Translations under genes and position numbers: made by a program | Notes under the pieces: model-generated | Seen by the model: only the letters and a program-made list of their open reading frames with translations | Told to the model about the DNA's origin: nothing | Database searches by the model: none | Source of the DNA: an uncultured virus (IMG/VR IMGVR_UViG_3300043539_001111) | Taxonomy: Duplodnaviria; Heunggongvirae; Uroviricota; Caudoviricetes | DNA length: 20,000 nt | Strand: one strand, 5' to 3' | Virus record (IMG/VR): IMGVR_UViG_3300043539_001111 | Location: 54,465 to 74,464 of that record | Part shown: in pieces, positions 1-7,207 of the stretch | How the letters are laid out: every line of letters starts with the position of its first letter | Numbering within the stretch: position 1 is the first letter of the stretch

Positions 1-1011
1 TATGTACAACGTGTGGCTAACAAATTTAAAAGAAGTCAAGTGGTTGATTCTCAAACAGGGAATGTAGATATGAGATTTAATCAAATGGCTGTTGACCAAG
101 ATTACTTTATTCCTGTTCGTGACCCTGCGGCACCAAGTCCAATTGATACCTTACCGGGAGCACAAAATTTGGCGGAGATTGCCGATATTGAATATATCCA
201 AAAGAAATTATTAACAGCACTTCGTGTTCCTAAAGCGTTTTTAGGTTTTGAGGAAGTAACGGGTGATGGTAAAAATTTATCTTTAATGGATATTCGTTTC
301 GCAAGAACAATTAATAGAATTCAAAAATCTATGATTGCCGAATTAAATAAAGTTGCAATTATTCATTTATTCTTATTAGGATTTGAGGATGAATTGTCAA
401 ACTTTACATTGGCTCTTACAAACCCATCATCTCAAGCAGATTTATTAAAAATTGATATTTGGAAAGAGAAAATTTTATTGTATAAAGATGCTGTTGCGGC
501 TATCGAAGGTATCGCTCCGGTATCTGTTACATGGGCTAAGAAACACGTATTAGGATTCTCTGATGAAGAAATTAAATTAGATTTACAACAACAACGTATT
601 GAAAAAGCGGTTGGTGCGGAATTAACTAATACCGCAACCATAATTACTCATACGGGTGTATTTGATACTATAGATAAATTATACGCGAGTAAATCCGGAA
701 CTACGGCCGTTGGAGCGGCTGCTCCTGCCCCACCACCTGGTGGAGGAGGTGGAGGAGGTCTTGAATCTGACTTAGGTGGAGGACTTGACTTAGGTGGAGA
801 ACCTGAACCGGGTGGAGCACCTGAACCGGGTGGAGCACCGGCACCGGGTGGTGAAGCTGAAATAACTCCTGAATCAGTCAAACGAGATAATTTGAATATC
901 TTATTGGAAAGTGGTAATCTAACTGAAGACGATTCTTACATTGATTTATCTCGAGCAAGAAATTCTTTAGGTGATATGGAAAAAGAATTGGATAAAATCT
1001 TAAATGATTGA
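1..1011 (+). CDS. Portal vertex protein, T4 gp20-like (5'-truncated by window edge)
   Basis: Frame is open from base 1. DYFIP...TLPGAQNLAEIADIEYIQKKLLTALRVPKAFLG and DIRFARTINRIQ resemble conserved gp20 blocks. Lies upstream of protease, scaffold and capsid genes. Confidence 0.93.
   Translation, partial: YVQRVANKFKRSQVVDSQTGNVDMRFNQMAVDQDYFIPVRDPAAPSPIDTLPGAQNLAEIADIEYIQKKLLTALRVPKAFLGFEEVTGDGKNLSLMDIRFARTINRIQKSMIAELNKVAIIHLFLLGFEDELSNFTLALTNPSSQADLLKIDIWKEKILLYKDAVAAIEGIAPVSVTWAKKHVLGFSDEEIKLDLQQQRIEKAVGAELTNTATIITHTGVFDTIDKLYASKSGTTAVGAAAPAPPPGGGGGGGLESDLGGGLDLGGEPEPGGAPEPGGAPAPGGEAEITPESVKRDNLNILLESGNLTEDDSYIDLSRARNSLGDMEKELDKILND
769..861 (+). repeat. GC-rich 18-bp-period tandem repeat encoding GG(E/A)P(E/A)P units in the portal tail
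   Basis: ggtggagaacctgaaccg (793-810), ggtggagcacctgaaccg (811-828), ggtggagcaccggcaccg (829-846); gacttaggtgga also at 769 and 787. Confidence 0.9.
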
Positions 1012-1018
1012 TATTTAT
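1011..1018 (+). promoter_or_regulatory. ATATTTAT putative late promoter
   Basis: Recurrent motif; 14 nt before ATG 1033; overlaps the portal TGA. Confidence 0.65.
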
Positions 1019-1032
1019 AATTAAAAAAGAAA

Positions 1033-1752
1033 ATGACAAAGTTTGGTATATTAAAATCGAAGATAGAAAACGTATTACTTGAGTCGTATAAAAACGACAC
1101 ATTTAAAGACGAATTAAAAACATTTAAAAAACTTGTATTAGAGAATAAAAATGTTAGTAAGATTTTCTATATGTATGATGAGTTAAACTCTAAAAAAGGT
1201 TTGAGTGAATCATATTCAAGAGAATACATCCACGAATGTATTACTCTATATGAAAATGCTGTGAATAAAATTTTACCGGCAGATTTGAAAAAATTAAATA
1301 TGTGGGTTAGAAATACTAAATCTAATAACTCATACGAAAATATCGATAACTTATTTTCAACAGATGTTTTAACCATTGAATCAAGAATTAAAAGTAAAAA
1401 TTTAATTATTGAGAATTTGAAAAAACTTCCAATTACAGAATCCAAAGGTATTGAACTTCCATTATCAACTATGGTTAGTGTTGCAAATAAAACTATTAAG
1501 AATTATATTGATACTTTAAGTGAATCTGACAAAGCTGAAATAGTTAAATTGTTATCTGAAGATGATGGTGAATTATCCGTGAAATATAACACCCTTAAAG
1601 AAAATGTAGTTGATAAATTAAAAGCAATGAAGAATTCGTCCGAAGATAATTCAGTGAAAACTAGAATTGATGAAACACTTACAAAAGTGTTATCAGAGAA
1701 GTACGACAAATTAACGTATTTTAAACTTAAAAGTTTAAACGAGAATCTTTAA
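1033..1752 (+). CDS. Hypothetical helical protein of the head module
   Basis: 239-aa ORF between portal and bS21; several L/I-x-E sites (LLE, ITE, LSE, LKE, LNE). Confidence 0.8.
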   Translation: MTKFGILKSKIENVLLESYKNDTFKDELKTFKKLVLENKNVSKIFYMYDELNSKKGLSESYSREYIHECITLYENAVNKILPADLKKLNMWVRNTKSNNSYENIDNLFSTDVLTIESRIKSKNLIIENLKKLPITESKGIELPLSTMVSVANKTIKNYIDTLSESDKAEIVKLLSEDDGELSVKYNTLKENVVDKLKAMKNSSEDNSVKTRIDETLTKVLSEKYDKLTYFKLKSLNENL

Positions 1753-1943
1753 TCGTTATCCGAATAATATTTTAATTGAACGTGTTTAGCCTTAGCTAAC
1801 ACGTTTCTTTTTTTTACGGAAGGTTTGATAAATTCTTTTCGCTTATTAAGTTCAGAACTTTGACGTGTCTTGATAACTTTACTTTTATAGAGTTTCAGTG
1901 CTTTCTCTATTGGTGTATTTTTATCTAATTTAACTATTAACAT
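1749..1943 (-). CDS. rpsU: Phage-encoded 30S ribosomal protein bS21
   Basis: MLIVKLDKNTPIEKALKLYKSKVIKTRQSSELNKRKEFIKPSVKKR has the bS21 IE-ALK-(F/Y)K-K and E(F/Y)-KPS signatures and a Bacteroidota-type MLI N-terminus. ATG 1943 preferred over TTG 1961, giving 64 aa. Confidence 0.93.
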   Translation of the reverse strand: MLIVKLDKNTPIEKALKLYKSKVIKTRQSSELNKRKEFIKPSVKKRNVLAKAKHVQLKYYSDND

Positions 1944-1973
1944 ATATAACATATATATCAAAATAACAAAAAA

Positions 1974-2005
1974 TTTGACCTGACCCCTTATTTTACCTAT
2001 CTTTT
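1974..2005 (+). promoter_or_regulatory. Near-consensus Bacteroidota housekeeping promoter
   Basis: TTTG (1974-1977), 20-nt spacer, TATCTTTT (1998-2005); one mismatch to TAnnTTTG. Confidence 0.5.
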
Positions 2006-2035
2006 TTAAAAATAAAAGGAAAAATATGAAAATTA

Positions 2036-2506
2036 ATGAAAAAGGGGAAAACCTCTCAACTAACAGGTTTCAAAACCGCGAAAGTTGTTTATGGGACAGT
2101 TGATTCTGTAAACTTGAAATCACTTTACTTAAACGTACAAACATGGGTTGAACCAATCTATGAATCCGATAATTGGTCGAGAACAGTTTTAAATTTAAGT
2201 AGGGGTATTAAACACTCGGTTTACGAGTCGTTAAATAATAAAATTTTTGATACAAAATTTATTGTAGATTTAGATTTAAGGTCAAGTGGATTAAATTTGG
2301 GTAAAAAATCATTTATGAATTTAGAAGTTAATTTCTATGTTATAGAAGAAAACCTCGATTTTAAATCAAAACAAATTAAAGATACATTATTAAAAATTAC
2401 AAATAAAATCTACAACGATAACTTTTATGACAACAATTATTTTAAGTTTTATCTAACTAAAAAAATCAAATCCGTTAAAGATACGTTACAAACCGAAAAT
2501 GTTTAA
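2036..2506 (+). CDS. Hypothetical protein divergent from bS21
   Basis: 156-aa ORF filling the space before the protease gene; no family recognised. Confidence 0.8.
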   Translation: MKKGKTSQLTGFKTAKVVYGTVDSVNLKSLYLNVQTWVEPIYESDNWSRTVLNLSRGIKHSVYESLNNKIFDTKFIVDLDLRSSGLNLGKKSFMNLEVNFYVIEENLDFKSKQIKDTLLKITNKIYNDNFYDNNYFKFYLTKKIKSVKDTLQTENV

Positions 2507-2513
2507 TATTTAT
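2506..2513 (+). promoter_or_regulatory. ATATTTAT putative late promoter
   Basis: 16 nt before protease ATG 2530; overlaps the preceding TAA. Confidence 0.65.
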
Positions 2514-2529
2514 TATTAAAACATTTAAA

Positions 2530-3255
2530 ATGAGTTTAAGAATATTACAACCGAACGAATCAGGAAAAGGTATATTAGTTGAATACGATGCCGGATATAT
2601 TAATCCAAAGGATAATCGTAACGAAACATTAATAAGAGAATCTAATGAAATGTTAGACCACTCAAAACCATTTGAATTTTATGCTGTATTACAAAAATAT
2701 GATACACCAAATAGAAATGGTCGATTATACCCTGAACGTATATTAAAAAGAGAAGCTGATAATTATAAAAAAATGATTAAAAAGGGTACAGCTCTTTCAG
2801 AGTTAAATCACCCGGAATCATCTTTAATTGATTTAGATAGAGTTTCTCACGCAATCACCGAAGTATGGTGGGAAGGTAATGTCCTAATGGGAAAGATTAA
2901 ATTATTGACATCACCGGGATACCACGAAAGAGGTATTTGTTCAACCAAAGGAGATTTGGCAGCAAATTACTTAAGACAAGGTGTTACTTTAGGTATATCG
3001 TCAAGAGGTGTAGGTTCTCTTAAAAAGATTGGTGAACAAAATGAAGTACAAGACGATTTTGAATTAATTTGTTTTGACTTGGTGTCCTCACCTTCAACTC
3101 CGGGAGCGTATCTATTCTTAAATAAAGATGACAAACATCTGTATGACGAGAACTTAGAAGAAGAGAAAAAAATGAGTATTGAAAGACATGTTGGTGATTC
3201 AGGAAATAAATCACTTGACTTAATGAAAAAATTAAACGATTATTTAGGATATTAA
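2530..3255 (+). CDS. Prohead maturation protease, T4 gp21-like
   Basis: NRNGRLYP, ELNHP (catalytic His), RVSH, LGISSRGVGS (catalytic Ser), FDLVSSPSTPGA. Confidence 0.96.
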   Translation: MSLRILQPNESGKGILVEYDAGYINPKDNRNETLIRESNEMLDHSKPFEFYAVLQKYDTPNRNGRLYPERILKREADNYKKMIKKGTALSELNHPESSLIDLDRVSHAITEVWWEGNVLMGKIKLLTSPGYHERGICSTKGDLAANYLRQGVTLGISSRGVGSLKKIGEQNEVQDDFELICFDLVSSPSTPGAYLFLNKDDKHLYDENLEEEKKMSIERHVGDSGNKSLDLMKKLNDYLGY

Positions 3256-3272
3256 ACTAAATAGAAAAAATT

Positions 3273-3482
3273 ATGGACGAAAAGTATTTCATTGCAAAAA
3301 TTACATTGGACTCAGTTGATGAGGCATCAGGTAAGATTAAAAAATTAAGAGAAGAAAAATTAGTGAGTGGTTACAACCCAACTGACGTAGAGGCTAAAGT
3401 AACAAAAGTATTTGAGCATTATACAATGGAATGGAGAATCACAGCAATTGTTGAAAGTAAAATTGATGAAGTGATAGAATAA
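3273..3482 (+). CDS. Small protein resembling DUF4494
   Basis: YFIAKI...GKIKKLREEKLV...TDVEAKV...WRITAIVESKIDEV parallels the recalled Bacteroidota DUF4494 pattern (WF-cKi...G..KK..E.yLV.A.sfTeAEa.i). Confidence 0.65.
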   Translation: MDEKYFIAKITLDSVDEASGKIKKLREEKLVSGYNPTDVEAKVTKVFEHYTMEWRITAIVESKIDEVIE

Positions 3483-3505
3483 GAATTTATATTCAATAAT
3501 TAATT

Positions 3506-3532
3506 AAGGAGACAGAAATGTCTCCTTTTTTT
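3506..3532 (+). terminator. Intrinsic terminator
   Basis: AAGGAGACA-GAAA-TGTCTCCTT followed by a T run. Confidence 0.9.
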
Positions 3533-3552
3533 ATGCTTTTATTTTTTTGGTA

Positions 3553-3625
3553 ATATTTATTAATATAAAAAACTCATTATCAAATTAGCAAAAATAATGC
3601 TTTTTTGATAATGGGAGATATTTAT
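3553..3625 (+). promoter_or_regulatory. Two ATATTTAT motifs (3553-3560, 3618-3625) flanking a long hairpin (3573-3615)
   Basis: CTCATTATCAAA-tt-AGCA-aaaataa-TGCT-tt-TTTGATAATGGG upstream of scaffold ATG 3649. Confidence 0.65.
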
Positions 3626-3648
3626 ATATTAAAATAACTTAAACACAA

Positions 3649-5175
3649 ATGGCAAAAGAAAAATCTTTAGTTGAAGAAGCTATCATCCAAATGAAAAATT
3701 TGGAAGAGGCGGTAGCGGAAAATGCAAAAGGAATACTTGCTTCGACAATGTCGCAAGAAATCAAAGAACTAGTAAAAGAATCTCTTACAGAACAAGATGA
3801 TGAGGAGATTGACACTGAGGTTGACATGGATGACATGGATATGGATACAGATATGGACGATACAGAAATGGACGACGTAGATGTTGATATGGATATGGAA
3901 GATGACATGGATACCGATAATATGGATATGGATATGGATGATGAAGACACCATAGACCTTACTGACGTAGAAGATGATGAAGAAATCTTACGTGTATTCC
4001 AATTGATGGGACCTGAAGATAATATTGTTGTTACTAAAGATGATTCTGGTAACATCAGTTTAAAAGACGAAGAGAACAACAAAGAATATATGATTGTTGG
4101 TGAAGGTGAAGATGAATTAGAAATGTTCGAAGAATTTGACGACGAAGAAGAAGATATGGACTTCGATGACGAAGAAGAGGACATGGATTCTGAAGGTATC
4201 GAAGATATTATCTCTAGAGTATTTGATAATGACGACGAAGATTCTGAATTTGGAGAAAGTGATGAAATGATGTTTGACGAAGAAGAAGATATGGACGATG
4301 AAGAAATCGTTTATGAAATTTCTTTTGATGACGAAGATGATTCAGAGTTAGAAGAGCAAGACGACATGGACATGGAAATAGAAGAACAAGACGATATGGA
4401 TATGGATGATGACACAATGATGGAATCTAAAATGTCTGTAAAACCAAAAGGAACCGGAATGGGTAATCCTAGTAAATTTAAATATGATGCAAAACCAAAC
4501 CAAAATGGTGGATTTAAAACTGTGAAAAAATCAGTTAATCCAACAATGGGAACAGGTAAAGCTAAATTTGAATATAAAGAAGGTGAAAATCTTGAAGGAA
4601 AAATGAAATCTGTTAAAAAAACAGAAACAAAAGAGCAAACAACTAAAATTGCTAATACAACTAAAAAAGTTGAACCTAAAGAGGCTTCTCGTACATTAGG
4701 TAATGGAAGTAATTTCAGAAGAGGTGGGTTACCAAAACCAAGAGCTCACTCATCTTTTAATACCGCAATTAAAGAGAACCAAAACACAAGTGAATTAAAA
4801 GTTTTAAGAGAAAAGAATGAAGAATACAGAAAAGCTCTTAACGTATTTAGAAATAAATTGAATGAGGTTGCAGTGTTTAATTCAAACTTAGCTTACGCTA
4901 CTCGTTTGTTCACAGAACATTCAACATCAAAACAAGAAAAAATAAATATCTTAAGAAGATTTGACGGTGTTGAAAACATTAAAGAATCTAAAAACTTATA
5001 CAAAGTCATTAAAGATGAACTTACAGGGACTGCATCTCAACCTATGAATGAATCATTAGAAAGAACAATTGCTAAAGCACCTTCAACAGGGTCGGCAGTT
5101 AACTTAATTGAATCTAAAACATATGAGAATCCACAGTTCTTGAGAATGAAAGATTTAATGTCAAAATTAAAATAA
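3649..5175 (+). CDS. Prohead core/scaffold protein (positional analogue of T4 gp22)
   Basis: Directly upstream of the capsid gene; coiled-coil-like ends, long D/E/M-rich acidic middle, many L/I/M-x-E sites. Confidence 0.8.
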   Translation: MAKEKSLVEEAIIQMKNLEEAVAENAKGILASTMSQEIKELVKESLTEQDDEEIDTEVDMDDMDMDTDMDDTEMDDVDVDMDMEDDMDTDNMDMDMDDEDTIDLTDVEDDEEILRVFQLMGPEDNIVVTKDDSGNISLKDEENNKEYMIVGEGEDELEMFEEFDDEEEDMDFDDEEEDMDSEGIEDIISRVFDNDDEDSEFGESDEMMFDEEEDMDDEEIVYEISFDDEDDSELEEQDDMDMEIEEQDDMDMDDDTMMESKMSVKPKGTGMGNPSKFKYDAKPNQNGGFKTVKKSVNPTMGTGKAKFEYKEGENLEGKMKSVKKTETKEQTTKIANTTKKVEPKEASRTLGNGSNFRRGGLPKPRAHSSFNTAIKENQNTSELKVLREKNEEYRKALNVFRNKLNEVAVFNSNLAYATRLFTEHSTSKQEKINILRRFDGVENIKESKNLYKVIKDELTGTASQPMNESLERTIAKAPSTGSAVNLIESKTYENPQFLRMKDLMSKLK

Positions 5176-5208
5176 AAATAAACTAAAAAATTAATAAAAA
5201 CCAAAAAA

Positions 5209-7125
5209 ATGGGAGCATTATTAGAATCAGGTCTAGTTGGTAACATCGGGTTAAAACACCTTAAAGTTATTAAAGAGGACACAATTAATAAATGGGACAA
5301 ATTAGGATTTCTAGAAGGTCTTAAAGGTCACTTAAGAGAAAACGTAGCTCAGTTATATGAGAACCAAGCGTCTTTCTTAATAAACGAAGCAACTTCTGAC
5401 GGGTCTTCAGGTTCATTCGAAACTGTTGTATTTCCTATCGTAAGAAGAGTATTCTCTAAATTATTAGCGAATGACATCGTTTCTGTACAAGCTATGAACT
5501 TACCAATCGGTAAATTATTCTACTTTGTACCAAAAATCCAAGGATATAAAGATGGTATTGCAGGACAATATTCAGGTGAGCACTATGCACCTGTTGGAGC
5601 TCCGGGTAACTACAATGATGGTACATTACCTTCACCTAACGGTACAGGTGGTAATCCAAATGCAGGTTACACTACAGGTTCAGGAACTTATAACCCTGTA
5701 TACGAAAAAAATCTTTATGATTTATTCTATGAAGGAAATGAGGCTCAATTAGACCCTCCAGGATTATTTGATTATTCTAAAGGTCGTTGGTCAGCAATCA
5801 CTGCTACTACAACTATCCAAAAATGGACAGGTGGAGTTTTAGTTGATGCTAACATTTCAGGAACAACTGATGGAGCAGCAGTTATTGCTTCAGGTAACAC
5901 AAGAAAAGTTATCATTAAAATGTGTGGTTTTGCTGATACAGGTGCAGGAAAATTAATCGGACCTGATGGTAACGAAATGGATACTGAATCATTCTTATCT
6001 GACTTAATCGTTTACACAGGAAATGGTTTAACTGTTTCTTCAACTTCACCATGTACAGTTAGTACAGGTTCTTTATTATTTAGAGTTGTGACTCAAATCT
6101 ATGGTAGAGGTATTGTGAAATATGGTAATACTACTCAAACTTACTTCCCTTCAGGTAACCCAGCGGGTACAGCATCTAATACAGGTAACGGTGGTTCATT
6201 CAAAAATGTTTGTGACGCTGATGGATGTATTTGGTTAGAAGTTGATTTATCTTGTCCGGTATGTGCTGATTGTGATTCTACATCTTTAGATGGTTACACA
6301 GGTACTACTATCGAAACTGCGGTATCAGGAACTTCATTCGCAGCGGCTTTCAGACGTTACGAAGAGTTAGAATTTGAAGATAAAATCGGTGAGGTTTCTT
6401 TCGATTTAGATTCAGTTACTGTATCTGTTACAGAAAGAAAATTAAGAGCACAATGGTCTCCTGAGTTAGCTCAAGACGTTGCGGCTTTCCACAACATCGA
6501 TGCTGAAGCTGAATTAACAGCTTTATTATCTGAACAAGTTGCGGCTGAAATCGACCGTGAAATCTTAAGAGATTTACGTAAAGGTGCAGCATGGAACTTA
6601 CGTTGGGATTACAATGGTTGGAGAAGAATTTCTCAAACAACTTCTTATACTCAAAAAGATTGGAACCAAACATTAATTACAGCAATCAACCAATTGTCTG
6701 CACAAATCCACAAATCTACATTAAGAGGTGGAGCAAACTGGATTGTTGTTTCTTCTGAAGTTTCAGCTATCTTTGATGATTTAGAGTACTTCCACGTATC
6801 TAATGCGTCTCCTGAGCAAGACCAATACAACATGGGTATTGAAAGAGTAGGTACATTAGCAGGTCGTTACCAAGTTTACCGTGACCCTTACTTCCCAGCT
6901 AACCAAGTGTTAATTGGACACAAAGGAACATCATTGTTAGACACAGGATACATTTACGCTCCGTATGTACCATTACAATTAACACCTACAATGTACAACC
7001 CATTCAACTTTACACCGATTAAAGGTATAATGACTCGTTACGCGAAAAAGATGGTAAATAACCGTTTTTACGGAAGAATTACCGTTGATGGTGTTAGAAC
7101 ATTTGACTTAAGAGAATTGAGATAA
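5209..7125 (+). CDS. Major capsid protein, T4 gp23-like, with large insertion
   Basis: PIVRRVF...DIVSVQAMNLPIG, RKLRAQWSPELAQD, IDAEAELTALLSEQVAAEIDREI, YAPYVPL, FTPIKGIMTRYA. Confidence 0.98.
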   Translation: MGALLESGLVGNIGLKHLKVIKEDTINKWDKLGFLEGLKGHLRENVAQLYENQASFLINEATSDGSSGSFETVVFPIVRRVFSKLLANDIVSVQAMNLPIGKLFYFVPKIQGYKDGIAGQYSGEHYAPVGAPGNYNDGTLPSPNGTGGNPNAGYTTGSGTYNPVYEKNLYDLFYEGNEAQLDPPGLFDYSKGRWSAITATTTIQKWTGGVLVDANISGTTDGAAVIASGNTRKVIIKMCGFADTGAGKLIGPDGNEMDTESFLSDLIVYTGNGLTVSSTSPCTVSTGSLLFRVVTQIYGRGIVKYGNTTQTYFPSGNPAGTASNTGNGGSFKNVCDADGCIWLEVDLSCPVCADCDSTSLDGYTGTTIETAVSGTSFAAAFRRYEELEFEDKIGEVSFDLDSVTVSVTERKLRAQWSPELAQDVAAFHNIDAEAELTALLSEQVAAEIDREILRDLRKGAAWNLRWDYNGWRRISQTTSYTQKDWNQTLITAINQLSAQIHKSTLRGGANWIVVSSEVSAIFDDLEYFHVSNASPEQDQYNMGIERVGTLAGRYQVYRDPYFPANQVLIGHKGTSLLDTGYIYAPYVPLQLTPTMYNPFNFTPIKGIMTRYAKKMVNNRFYGRITVDGVRTFDLRELR

Positions 7126-7145
7126 TCAATATCTTATGATATACC

Positions 7146-7179
7146 AAAAAGAGGACAAATATTTGTCCTCTTTTTTTTT
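7146..7179 (+). terminator. Intrinsic terminator after the capsid gene (perfect 30-bp palindrome)
   Basis: AAAAAGAGGACAAAT|ATTTGTCCTCTTTTT plus further Ts. Confidence 0.92.
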
Positions 7180-7184
7180 ATCTT

Positions 7185-7192
7185 ATATTTAT
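7185..7192 (+). promoter_or_regulatory. ATATTTAT putative late promoter
   Basis: Immediately after the terminator, 15 nt before ATG 7208. Confidence 0.65.
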
Positions 7193-7207
7193 ATTAAAAG
7201 AAAAATT

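Noticed and set aside
432..1709. Minus-strand ORFs 432-641, 648-881, 878-1102, 1167-1445, 1503-1709
   Set aside because: Antisense shadows of the portal and the next gene; the Pro-rich one mirrors the Gly repeat.
3483..3648. tRNA or known ncRNA in the largest intergenic gap
   Set aside because: No cloverleaf or T-loop; the space is explained by a terminator, motifs and one hairpin.
769..4420. Repeats as a CRISPR array or mobile element
   Set aside because: They are in-frame coding low-complexity repeats with no spacers and no cas or transposase genes.
5540..6360. Capsid insertion as an intein or intron
   Set aside because: No Cys/Ser...His-Asn splice junction or homing endonuclease motif seen; the reading frame is continuous.
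3020..6833. Alternative ORFs within protease, scaffold and capsid genes, including the poly-Ser ORF 3639-4184
   Set aside because: Antisense or off-frame artefacts of biased codons (GAT/GAA runs).
7136..7207. N-terminal extension of the 400-aa ORF
   Set aside because: Spans the terminator and promoter motif; ATG 7208 fits better.
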